Shown here: positions 51,701 through 60,531 of the stretch, in pieces
Layout of the letters: the number at the start of each line of letters is the position of its first letter
Numbering within the stretch: position 1 is the first letter of the stretch
Origin: Nitrospirota bacterium
GTDB taxonomy: Bacteria; Nitrospirota; Nitrospiria; Nitrospirales; NS-4
Direction: 5' to 3'
DNA: 64,000 nucleotides
NCBI GenBank assembly: GCA_963788195.1
Contig: CAWBGA010000013.1
Span: 128,001-192,000, forward strand
Notes under the pieces: model-generated
What the model was told of the DNA's origin: nothing
Database searches by the model: none
The model's input: the letters and a program-made list of their open reading frames with translations, nothing else
Translations under genes and position numbers: made by a program

Positions 51701-52125
51701 GGAGGCGGATCGGGAGTCTTCATGCGCCGGGCGGGTTTAGTTCCGACAAACATAAAGTAACCCACGATAAGAATCGTGCCGTAGACGACCACGGCTTTTT
51801 CCCAACGGGTGGCTGCTCCGATAGAACTGATGTGGTAATGAAATGCCAGTCCCACGATCGTGGCCGCGCCCATGATGGCATACTTGTACCAGGCCGTTAC
51901 TGTGCCATTGACGAAGATCACGATGCCCGCAAAAAAGAGCAGGAACGGCACCGAGTTCGCATCGGAGCCGCTGCTCACCGCCAGCAACAGCTGCAGCCAT
52001 GCGAGCACCATCATCACGAACCCGACGAACTTTTGAACCGCGGTGCTGTGGCGTTCGCTATCAGCCTCTTCTTCCCGCTCGTCGCGGGGGCGTTCGGGTT
52101 TCGGGGTTTGGTCCATGCTATCCAT
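51697..52125 (-). CDS. Hypothetical membrane protein (about 4 TM)
   Basis: Four hydrophobic segments; overlaps both neighbours in operon fashion. Confidence 0.7.
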   Translation of the reverse strand: MDSMDQTPKPERPRDEREEEADSERHSTAVQKFVGFVMMVLAWLQLLLAVSSGSDANSVPFLLFFAGIVIFVNGTVTAWYKYAIMGAATIVGLAFHYHISSIGAATRWEKAVVVYGTILIVGYFMFVGTKPARRMKTPDPPP

Positions 52126-53302
52126 GATAGGGTTTGAATTGCTTGCTGAGCGTCAGACCTTGGAACTGGTAGGACGATCCAAGTTTTTCGCCGTACACCT
52201 TTTCCGGTCGCTGCTGCATACGCTCAAAGAATACCTTAAAGAACGTCTGGCCGTCGTGGATCAGAAACGGCACGTCATGCGCCCGAACTTCCAGGACAAT
52301 GGGCGTCCCCAACACATCGCCCGCCCCATAGCCGAATCCCGGATCGAAGAACCCCGCGTAGTGCGTTCGAAGCTCTCCGCATGCAGCTTCGTAGGCCACC
52401 ATTTCGGCCGCGTAGTCCGGCGGAATGCGGATTCGCTCCTTTGACCCAAGAATATAGAATTGTTCGGGTTCCAGCAACAGCGTGGAGTTTCGCGGGCGCC
52501 GGATCGGTTCCCAAAAATCGGTCGGATCATAATGAGCAAGCCGCGACATATCCAGGATTTGGCTGATCGTTTTCGCGCGGAATCCCACAATGCCGCTTTC
52601 AGTACCGTTTAGATCCACCCGGAGGAAGAGACCCTCTTTGAGCGAAAGTTGGGAGACGGGTAGGGGCTTGCCGTCCCGGTACAGCAACGGGTCCGCTCCG
52701 TGCCTGGCACGCAGCTCGGCATCGGCCACGAGCGGGCGCCCGGCAAAGAGCCGGAGCTGATTGAGGCACATGCCGGCATGCACGCGGACGGAAAACGACC
52801 GGGGGACAACTTCCAGAAAAAGCCGTCCCCGATACCCTGGACGAATGTCATCAAAACGCGCTTGGAAATCGGTGATGGTGCGCGTAAAGACGTCCAGCCG
52901 GCCGGTGGTGCTTTTGGGATTGGTCCTGCCCCTCATCTCTGCGGGAAGTGCGAGCGATTCCATCAGGGGAATCAGGTAGACGTGGCCTTGCTCCAGCACC
53001 GCGCCCTTGTGCAGATCGATCTCGTACATGAGGAGCTCCGGCAAGAGATCATGGAGGGTAATGCGCTGAGCGATGGCCCATTGCTCGGGGAGAAAACTGC
53101 TGAGCATCCGGTAGGCGGTCTCCCCAAGGCGGAGGTCAAGGCTCGCCGGCTGGTATTGGCGCTCCTCGATGGCGGGCTTTGCGGAAATGACGCGTTTTTG
53201 AACCAGGGCGCGAAGCTGCTGGGAGGTGAGGACACCGCTGGCGGGTCTCTGCCGGGATGTAACAGATGGGGTCAGAGTCGATTTATTGGTTTTGGGCTTC
53301 AT
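52118..53302 (-). CDS. dcd: 2'-deoxycytidine 5'-triphosphate deaminase (long, two-domain type)
   Basis: QPASLDLRLG, NPKSTTGRLDVFTR, HYAGFFDPGFG, LEVR.HDVPF, SYQ.QGL.LSKQF. Confidence 0.9.
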   Translation of the reverse strand: MKPKTNKSTLTPSVTSRQRPASGVLTSQQLRALVQKRVISAKPAIEERQYQPASLDLRLGETAYRMLSSFLPEQWAIAQRITLHDLLPELLMYEIDLHKGAVLEQGHVYLIPLMESLALPAEMRGRTNPKSTTGRLDVFTRTITDFQARFDDIRPGYRGRLFLEVVPRSFSVRVHAGMCLNQLRLFAGRPLVADAELRARHGADPLLYRDGKPLPVSQLSLKEGLFLRVDLNGTESGIVGFRAKTISQILDMSRLAHYDPTDFWEPIRRPRNSTLLLEPEQFYILGSKERIRIPPDYAAEMVAYEAACGELRTHYAGFFDPGFGYGAGDVLGTPIVLEVRAHDVPFLIHDGQTFFKVFFERMQQRPEKVYGEKLGSSYQFQGLTLSKQFKPYHG

Positions 53303-53338
53303 CGTGTACAGAGGGGGTCAAGTAAATCGACTCTGACC
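53268..53338. repeat. GGGGTCAG-type inverted-repeat doublet overlapping the dcd start
   Basis: GGTCAGAGTCGATTTA (53270-53285) and TAAATCGACTCTGACC (53323-53338). Confidence 0.88.
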
Positions 53339-53346
53339 TGGAGATC

Positions 53347-54498
53347 CTATTCCATCATGACATCAGCCATATCACACCCGGTCGACACGGAGCTGACCAT
53401 CGGAAGTTCGCGGCTCCTGCTTCCGCTGCCGGTTGTGTGCGCGACGGCGGATTGCGCAGGTTCCGGTTGCGGGTAGCTGTAGACCTTGCCTTCGTAATTC
53501 CGCAGGGTCGCCTTTTCCTGAGTCAAATGCACGAGATAGTCGGTGGGCAGGAGGGGAATTTTCCCGCCGCCCTCCGGAGCGTCGATGACGAAGTGCGGCA
53601 CGGCCATCCCACTCGTGTGGCCTTGCAAGGCCTTGATGATCTCCAGGCCGGTTTCCACCGACGTGCGGAAATGATTGGTGCCGCGGGTCAGATCGGCCTG
53701 ATAGAGATAATATGGCTTGACGCGTGCAAGCAGAAGCTGGTGGACAAGGCGCATCATGATAGCAGGGTCATCATTGACGCCTTTTAAGAGGACCGTTTGC
53801 GCCCCCAGCGGGATCCCGGCGTCTGCCAATCGCCCGCAGGCTGCTTTGACCTCGGGCGTCAGCTCATCCGGATGGTTGAAATGCAGGTTCATGTAGATCG
53901 GATGATACTTCTTGAGCATGGCGCACAGCTCAGGAGTCACCCGCTCCGGAAGACTTCCCGGGACGCGGCTTCCGATACGGATCAACTCCAAATGCGGGAT
54001 TGTGCGGAGCGCCTTGAGGATCCGCTCTAAGAGAGGATCCGGCAGCAGCAGCGGATCGCCGCCCGACAGGATGATGTCCCGGACCTCGGTATGGGCCTTC
54101 AAATATTCCACGACGCGGTCCAATTCCCCCTTCTTCAGAAATCCGGGCTTGCCCACCAGGCGCTTTCGGGTACAGAACCGGCAATAGATGGGACATTGAT
54201 TGGTGACCATGAACAAGACCCTGTCGGGATAACGATGGACAAGGTGAGGCACGGGGCTATCGAGGTCCTCGTGCAAGGGATCATCCATGCTCTCATCGGT
54301 CATCTCTTCGGGCTCCGGGACCACCTGCCGCCAAAACGCGTCGCCCTTCTCCTTGATGAGTTTCATCCACATGGGCGTGATGCGCATCGGATACTCGCTG
54401 ACGACGTCCCTAATCGCCTCCGGATCAATGTCCAACTGTGTGGCCAAGTCCTCGGGTTTTGTCACGCTCGCTGCGAGCGTCCCCTGCCAGCTCTCCAT
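53347..54498 (-). CDS. KamA-family radical SAM aminomutase
   Basis: LVHRYPDR, CPIYCRFCTRKR, SGGDPL, HFNHP, QTVLLKGVND, PYYLYQ, DAPEGGGK. Confidence 0.92.
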   Translation of the reverse strand: MESWQGTLAASVTKPEDLATQLDIDPEAIRDVVSEYPMRITPMWMKLIKEKGDAFWRQVVPEPEEMTDESMDDPLHEDLDSPVPHLVHRYPDRVLFMVTNQCPIYCRFCTRKRLVGKPGFLKKGELDRVVEYLKAHTEVRDIILSGGDPLLLPDPLLERILKALRTIPHLELIRIGSRVPGSLPERVTPELCAMLKKYHPIYMNLHFNHPDELTPEVKAACGRLADAGIPLGAQTVLLKGVNDDPAIMMRLVHQLLLARVKPYYLYQADLTRGTNHFRTSVETGLEIIKALQGHTSGMAVPHFVIDAPEGGGKIPLLPTDYLVHLTQEKATLRNYEGKVYSYPQPEPAQSAVAHTTGSGSRSRELPMVSSVSTGCDMADVMME

Positions 54499-54531
54499 GT
54501 CGTGTCTTCCTCCCATCCTATAAAGGGTGCG

Positions 54532-56227
54532 CTAAGATTGTGCTGTTTTTCTTCCGTACTTGGATTCCAGATACGAGATGATGTCGTCCGTCTCGGTCAG
54601 GACCGTGTCACCGTCCTTTAGGACAGGCACATAATATTGACCGGAGACCTCGAATACCTGCGTGCGCTGCGAGTGCCGGTCGGGTACGGTCACACTCTCA
54701 TACTTGATGGCCAGCTTGTCGAGCTTGGCACGAACTACCTGGCACTCCGGGCACCAGTTGACATGATACAGCGTCACGAAGGCTGCTTCACTTCCGGCCG
54801 GGAGTGTATCATTCTCGAGCGCGCATGGGGCCATGATCGCATCCGTCATGCCGTGAATGAGTTTTTTATCGAGAGGGACAACCGTTGCGAGAATCCCTCC
54901 TAGCCGCGCCTCATCGCCCGCGACGAAGTAGTAGGGCGAGAGCCGCACGCGGCCGGGCATCTCGATGATCTCGTCGCTGACGGGATCGTGGTACTCGGGC
55001 CGGCACCCGCCTGGCTTTTCGAAATTCCTGAAGAATGTATGGAGAAGTGGGAAATGCCGAAAGCGCGCTCTCCAGGGTTTCGCCCCATTGCGGCTGGCCC
55101 ATGTCGTGGCCTACCGAGACGCCTCGCGATCCCCAGGCCAGCTCCGAGAAGCCCGAGGGCTTGATGACGAACCGGCGCTCTTTCTGACCGAGCCCGGCCA
55201 ACTCTCTAAAATTGGACATCGGCCTGCCGCCCGGCGCCAGCCCGGGAATGACCGCATGGGGCGGCACCGGACGAGGATCGAGAATCCAGGTTTTCGGCAT
55301 CAGACTAAGCAGGGTGGAAAACGTCTCGGCATCGAGTGTTTGTCTCCAATACGCTTCCAGGACAGGGTGATGCAGCAAGGCAAAAGCCATTTTTTCTTCG
55401 AGCCAGGGTTTTGCCGGTGGCGTGATTTTGACCCGTCCTTTTTTCGCGGCATAGAAGAAGAGGTCCACCTTGGGGATGTTCTTGAGGTCGAACAACTCAA
55501 AGAACCGGTACAGCACCGACGCTGCCTGGCCTGCAGGTAGCTGCAAACTCTCTTCGGTAAACGTTACGTCCTTCGGGTCGAGTACATAGGCGGGAAGGCC
55601 GGCTTCATGCAGTTGGCCTGCGAGCCAGGCCATCTCAGGGCGGTAATCCTTTGCCTCTTCGGAGACCACGATTGCCAAAACGACTTCCCGGCCGCCCGAA
55701 AAATTCCGGATCATTGCTGCAAAACCTTCGACCATCCCGTTGCGGCCGCCGAGGATCGGCCAGCCCAGGTCGCTGTAGGTCTGGCTCATGCATCCCGTGA
55801 TTCCAATTCCGCCAGGGACGGAGTCCAGTTCACTAATCATCAGACCCGTTTCGGTCAGGAGCAGGTCCGGCCGAATCACACCGGGGAGGTCGTCACGAAA
55901 GCGATTCATGCGCGCGAAGGCAACAAGCTCTTCCGGTTTGCCCTGGTCCAGATACTCCGCGACCCATGCCGGTTGGGTGCCGCGGACACTGTCGTAGTAC
56001 AAGCGGTTCAGGGCTCGAGTAAAGTCGAGAAGATGGGCCCCCAGGCCTTCAATCGCTGCGAAGGTGTCGAGGGAGAGCAGAAACGGAATCGGTGAAATGC
56101 GCCACGTCGCACCGCTATCAAGGCCTCCCGCTGAAAGGCGTGCTCTGATTGCCCGACTGTGCTCGCGGGCGGTCTCCGGATATAGGACGGGGGGTATGGG
56201 ACCGGCAACTGTCGTTGGAGGGTTCAT
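54532..56227 (-). CDS. Glutathionylspermidine-synthase/ATP-grasp-like protein (+1 break near 55000), in frame with a C-terminal glutaredoxin-like domain that may be a separate gene from GTG 54777
   Basis: IRPDLL..SELDSVPGGIG, YRFFELFD, KPSGFS..WGSRGV, GRVRLSPYYF; then WCPEC..SGQYYVPVL. Confidence 0.7.
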
Positions 56228-56461
56228 CCCTGGTGTGAGATGCCCTAGACCGCCACGGCACGATGAGTGCTGAAAACCACGGATGGGCTGCGCCGTGCAA
56301 TGCCCTTATTCTTTAAGGATGCGCCGCCAGGGTGTCGCAATTATGATCAATCCAAATCTCCGTGACTTAGGAAGGCCTGCTCAGTAAAAGTCTAACATGG
56401 GGCTCGATCAGGAACAAGACCGACTAGAATCAATGGGAGCGCTACGGTAGAATACTTTAGA

Positions 56462-58016
56462 GTGAGTTTACCGTTCCGCAAAGAGCTTCCTATAGTCGAG
56501 CAAATTGTCCCCGGGACTGTCTGCGCGACCTGCGATGTCTGCTGTCGTTTCCCAGAGATGGACAGCGCTCTTCGTCCGTATTTCACGCGAGATGAAATAC
56601 AGGCTGCCATCTCGGCAGGTGTATCGGCGGACGCCTTTCCGGATCATGCCGGCTCGAAGATCAGTCTCGTGCCCGATGTCGAGAATGGAGATGGTTACCG
56701 TTGTCCGGCCTTTCACTCTGCTACCGGCCAATGTGGCATCTACGAGAGCCGACCGCTGGACTGCAGGCTCTACCCGGTAGCAGTCATGTGGGACAGAGGG
56801 CATGCGGGAGTGGTGGCCGGGTGGGACACAAAGTGCCCGTTCATCGTCGATAAGTTGGACGCGCCGGAATCGCACGCATACCTGTCGCGAATCTTGACTA
56901 TGCTGGAGAGTGAGGAGCTGGTCCGCACCTTTGTGGACAATCCTCAACTAGTCGGCGCTTTCCAGGAGGATGTCCTGATACTACGACCATTGGAGAGGAT
57001 CACCCAAGGCCTCCGCGGCTCGCAATCGGGGTCAGAGTCGATTTTTCTCGGAGACGTGCCCAGGCCCAAGGGCTCTGAAAAATCGACTCTGACCCCATTA
57101 TCATCCTTTGACCCTGGCCGATCGTGGGTGGTTCGAGCAACTTCTCCTCGCCAACCAGAACGAGGATCACCCGCTGGCATCCTATTCGTTTGCATATCAT
57201 TTTATTTGGCGCGAATTGTTTACGTATGAATGGGCCCGACTGGGAGGTCACACCTGTCTTTTCGCGACGAACCCGGACGGCACATTCCTCGCATTGCCCC
57301 CCGTGGGCCCTGAGCCGAGTCAGGTGATGGACCAGGTCTTTGATGTGTTGCGCGAGCGCAACTGTGGGTCGGGTGTCTCCCGAATTGAGAACGTCCCCTC
57401 TTATCTCGCTGAGCGGTGCGAAAGCCTGGGATATCGAGTGCAGCCAAAGGCCGGAGACTATGTCTATCTGCGGGACGATCTCGCCGGTCTCAAAGGAAAC
57501 CGCTACAAGAGCCAGCGCGCGGCGTACAATCAGTGCGGCAAGCAAGCGGCGCCTGTGGTCCGTCCATACCGCGCCGCGGACATGTCCAGCTGCGTGCGTC
57601 TGTTCCAATCGTGGCAACAGAATCTTGAGAGACGCGTCCATACCGGATTGGCGCGCGACCTGGCAGCGGACAGCTCCTCCGCCCACCGGGTTGCGCTTTG
57701 TGATGCCGACGCACTGGGCCTGGTCGGATGCATTGCAGAGGTCGAGGGACAGATTGCGGCCTACACGCTGGGCTACCCCCTGAATGATTCGGTGTTCTGT
57801 ATTCTCGTCGAGATCGCGGACCGGCAAGTGCAGGGCCTGTCGCAGTATATCTTCCGGGAGTTCTGCCGAAGCCTCTCCCGTTTCCAGTTCATCAATACCA
57901 TGGACGATTCCGGTCTTGAGGGCCTCCGCCGGGCCAAGGAGAGCTACCATCCCGAGGTGCTCGTGAAATCCTACATAGTTACTCCGGGCGGGGAGGCCCT
58001 TGACGCACCTTCGTGA
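56462..58016 (+). CDS. YkgJ-like cysteine-cluster domain plus DUF2156 (aminoacyl-transferase GNAT-like) domain; probable fusion with a +1 break near 57101
   Basis: CATCDVCC..CP..CGIYESRPLDCRLYP; DYVY..LAGLKGNRYK, INTMDDSGLEGLRRAKESYHP. Confidence 0.75.
57028..57096. repeat. GGGGTCAG-type inverted-repeat doublet inside coding sequence
   Basis: Perfect 20-bp arms GGGGTCAGAGTCGATTTTTC and GAAAAATCGACTCTGACCCC. Confidence 0.92.
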
Positions 58017-58041
58017 CACGTCTAAAATACGTACTAAAATA
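58000..58041 (+). promoter_or_regulatory. Promoter and possible operator of the toxin-antitoxin pair
   Basis: TTGACG-N17-TAAAAT; CTAAAATA direct repeat at 58022 and 58034. Confidence 0.6.
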
Positions 58042-58054
58042 AGGAACGGTGGCA

Positions 58055-58324
58055 ATGGGCAAAACAACGCTCAAGAAGGAAAAATGGACCTTATCGTTTG
58101 ATTCGAGGTTGAAGTCGATCGTCGTTAAGGCGGCTCACCGAAAAGGTGTTTACCCCGTCAATCTTCTGGAGGAGATCGTTCGTGAACGGTTCAATCCGTA
58201 CGGCCTTACCGATGTAAAAGACAGTGCGGTGTATGTGGCGACGATGCGTCAAGCATCGCGTGAGCAAACGGATGCCAACTTCCTGGCCGAAATTCGGGCA
58301 TGGCAACGATCTCGGTCCTTGTAG
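58055..58324 (+). CDS. Putative antitoxin (RHH-like N-terminus)
   Basis: Small basic protein overlapping the PIN gene; beta-helix-helix pattern KWTLSFD..LK..A..KGV..LLEEIVRE. Confidence 0.6.
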   Translation: MGKTTLKKEKWTLSFDSRLKSIVVKAAHRKGVYPVNLLEEIVRERFNPYGLTDVKDSAVYVATMRQASREQTDANFLAEIRAWQRSRSL

Positions 58325-58674
58325 ACACGGATATTTTCATCGATTATTTCAATAGCGGCAGATTCAGCGCCATCTTCGACTCCTCGCGCTTCACAGTTTA
58401 TTATTCTGTCGTCACGAAAAAGGAACTGCTATCAAAACCGGGTCTCCGAGAGGCAGAACGACAAGCCATCCTCGCAGAACTGGGACGATGCCGGATCATT
58501 AAGTTAACAGAGACTATTACGGTCCGGTATACGGAACTACGTGGTCGGTACCCTTCGCTTGCGAAAGAAGATGCGCTCATCGCCGCCAGCGCTCTGATAA
58601 GGAATATGCCTTTGATTACGCGGAACAAGAGACATTTTCAGGTTGTCAAAGGCCTCACCATTCTCGGTAGCTGA
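58300..58674 (+). CDS. vapC: PIN-domain (VapC-like) toxin
   Basis: VLVDTDIFID, E, DALIAASA, LITRNKRHF. Confidence 0.88.
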   Translation: MATISVLVDTDIFIDYFNSGRFSAIFDSSRFTVYYSVVTKKELLSKPGLREAERQAILAELGRCRIIKLTETITVRYTELRGRYPSLAKEDALIAASALIRNMPLITRNKRHFQVVKGLTILGS

Positions 58675-58754
58675 GAACATGGCGGTCAGGCCGTGACTTG
58701 TGTTAGTTCAGATCCTCTCTCTATAATGATCATCATCAATACGGTGGCGGAAAG

Positions 58755-59570
58755 ATGACCAAGGGCCAAGAGCAAGGCATTGAGCAGTATCGTCTCAAAG
58801 ACGAGCCGTTCTATGCCGAAACCAATGGAGAGATCGGCCTTTTTAAAGCCGCGGCTCTGAGCCTGATGCCGATCATGCTGAAGGGCCCGACGGGGTGCGG
58901 AAAAACCCGGTTTGTCCAGCACATGGCGTATCGCCTTGGGCGGCCGCTCATCACCATCGCATGCCACGAAGACCTCACGGCGTCAGATCTCGTCGGGCGC
59001 TACCTGCTCAAAGGAGGCGAGACCATCTGGGTGGATGGCCCCCTCACGCTTGGCGTGAAACATGGGGCGATCGTGTATCTTGACGAGATCGTCGAGGCGC
59101 GCAAGGATACCACCGTGGTGATTCACCCGCTGAGCGATAATCGCCGCCTTCTGCCTATCGAGAAAAAGGGGCAAATGATCGAAGCCGTCGACGATTTTCT
59201 TTTGGTGATTTCCTATAATCCCGGCTACCAAAGTGTTCTGAAAGACTTGAAGCAGAGCACCAAGCAGCGATTCATGGCGATTGATTTTACCTATCCACCG
59301 CGTGACCTTGAGGCGCGAATCATTGAGCGTGAAGCAGGCGTGGACAAGGAAGTCGCAATGGCGCTCGTCAAGGTAGGTGAAAAGGCCCGCCATCTGAAGA
59401 ACCATGGACTGGAGGAGGGGGTCAGCACCCGGCTTTTGATTTACGCCGGGGAACTCATCCGCAAAGGAATTACGCCGATGGTGGCTTGTGACGCGGCGGT
59501 CATTCGCCCCATCACTGATGATCTTGATATGCAGCAAAGCCTGCGCGACATCGTGGCTGCCATTTTTTGA
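58755..59570 (+). CDS. CbbQ/NirQ/NorQ-family MoxR AAA+ ATPase
   Basis: [43 protein letters not shown]. Confidence 0.95.
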   Translation: MTKGQEQGIEQYRLKDEPFYAETNGEIGLFKAAALSLMPIMLKGPTGCGKTRFVQHMAYRLGRPLITIACHEDLTASDLVGRYLLKGGETIWVDGPLTLGVKHGAIVYLDEIVEARKDTTVVIHPLSDNRRLLPIEKKGQMIEAVDDFLLVISYNPGYQSVLKDLKQSTKQRFMAIDFTYPPRDLEARIIEREAGVDKEVAMALVKVGEKARHLKNHGLEEGVSTRLLIYAGELIRKGITPMVACDAAVIRPITDDLDMQQSLRDIVAAIF

Positions 59571-59589
59571 TGGGAAGGACAGGTCACAG

Positions 59590-59850
59590 ATGAACACTGA
59601 AGACGCTCCACTCCCGCCGGACGGCAGTGAGTGCGGCGATGCGCAGACATCTCCACCGGAAGATACATTGTCCGAGGAGGAGCGGAAACGTCAGGCGATG
59701 CGCAAGCGGAAACCGTTAGGCGCCGTCGTGAAACCACTGACGAAAGAACAGATCCAGGCGCTGCTGGGCGATCCGGAAGCTAAGGAACAAGAGAATCTCT
59801 CGGACGCTTTGCCGAAGGGTTGGGATCAGGATTATCAGGACGAATTCTAG
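59590..59850 (+). CDS. Hypothetical protein (86 aa)
   Basis: ATG 19 nt after the cbbQ stop; charged, low-complexity sequence. Confidence 0.5.
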   Translation: MNTEDAPLPPDGSECGDAQTSPPEDTLSEEERKRQAMRKRKPLGAVVKPLTKEQIQALLGDPEAKEQENLSDALPKGWDQDYQDEF

Positions 59851-59853
59851 GCG

Positions 59854-60306
59854 CTACTTCTGCTCACGTTCTGCCTGTACACCCTCCCCCCCCGCGCCGT
59901 CAAGACGGGCGCCTTTCCCGTGCACTAGATGGCGGAGCGCACGGCCTTTGGTCGGGGTGGGGTCGAGCACTACCCCGTAGGTCGTTTTGCCTTCATGGCC
60001 GTCCGGTAAGTATTCGGTGATCGGAAGACCATCCTCCCGTACAAATAATAGGCAGTGACAGTACTTGTACATTTGCATCTCATCGCACGCACAGATCCAG
60101 CGCCGTAACTTCACTTCAGCGTCTTTGTCTGGATAAAAGTTGCACGGGCACAGCGGTTTGCCGAATTCATCGACATGCGAAGCCAGGCCTTTGATCACGA
60201 CCTCCGTGCAGGTGGGATTCGGATGCATGCTCGTGCCGGTTTTGTTCGCGAAGCCCGCCACGAATTTCCGCATCTTTTCGAGGCTTTTCTCGCTGGGCTC
60301 GGCCAT
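59854..60306 (-). CDS. Ferredoxin:thioredoxin reductase catalytic subunit-like protein
   Basis: GL......G.PLCPC..WICAC..YCHCLLF (CPC/CxC/CHC signature). Confidence 0.88.
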   Translation of the reverse strand: MAEPSEKSLEKMRKFVAGFANKTGTSMHPNPTCTEVVIKGLASHVDEFGKPLCPCNFYPDKDAEVKLRRWICACDEMQMYKYCHCLLFVREDGLPITEYLPDGHEGKTTYGVVLDPTPTKGRALRHLVHGKGARLDGAGGEGVQAEREQK

Positions 60307-60404
60307 GAAAGTCCTTGGTTGAAGCTGCTATATTGTAGGGACGCCCTGGTAGGGTGTCAAATTTGCCCGTGCGAACAGGTCAGAACCGAGTTTTGGGGAT
60401 CAAT

Positions 60405-60477
60405 GGGGACAGGCTACTTTGTTTGAGGTTTTCGGCGACTGTTCAGGAGAATGCCTGAAACAAAGTAGCCTGTCCCC
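60405..60477. repeat. GGGGACAG-type inverted-repeat doublet
   Basis: Perfect 20-bp arms GGGGACAGGCTACTTTGTTT and AAACAAAGTAGCCTGTCCCC. Confidence 0.92.
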
Positions 60478-60531
60478 TTTCACGCTCTGAATCCAATTTC
60501 CGCGCCTTCCCTGTGCTATAATCCCCGCCCT

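Noticed and set aside
53347..54498. Calling the KamA-family gene epmB or kamA
   Set aside because: No efp/epmA or lysine-fermentation genes nearby; substrate cannot be assigned from sequence
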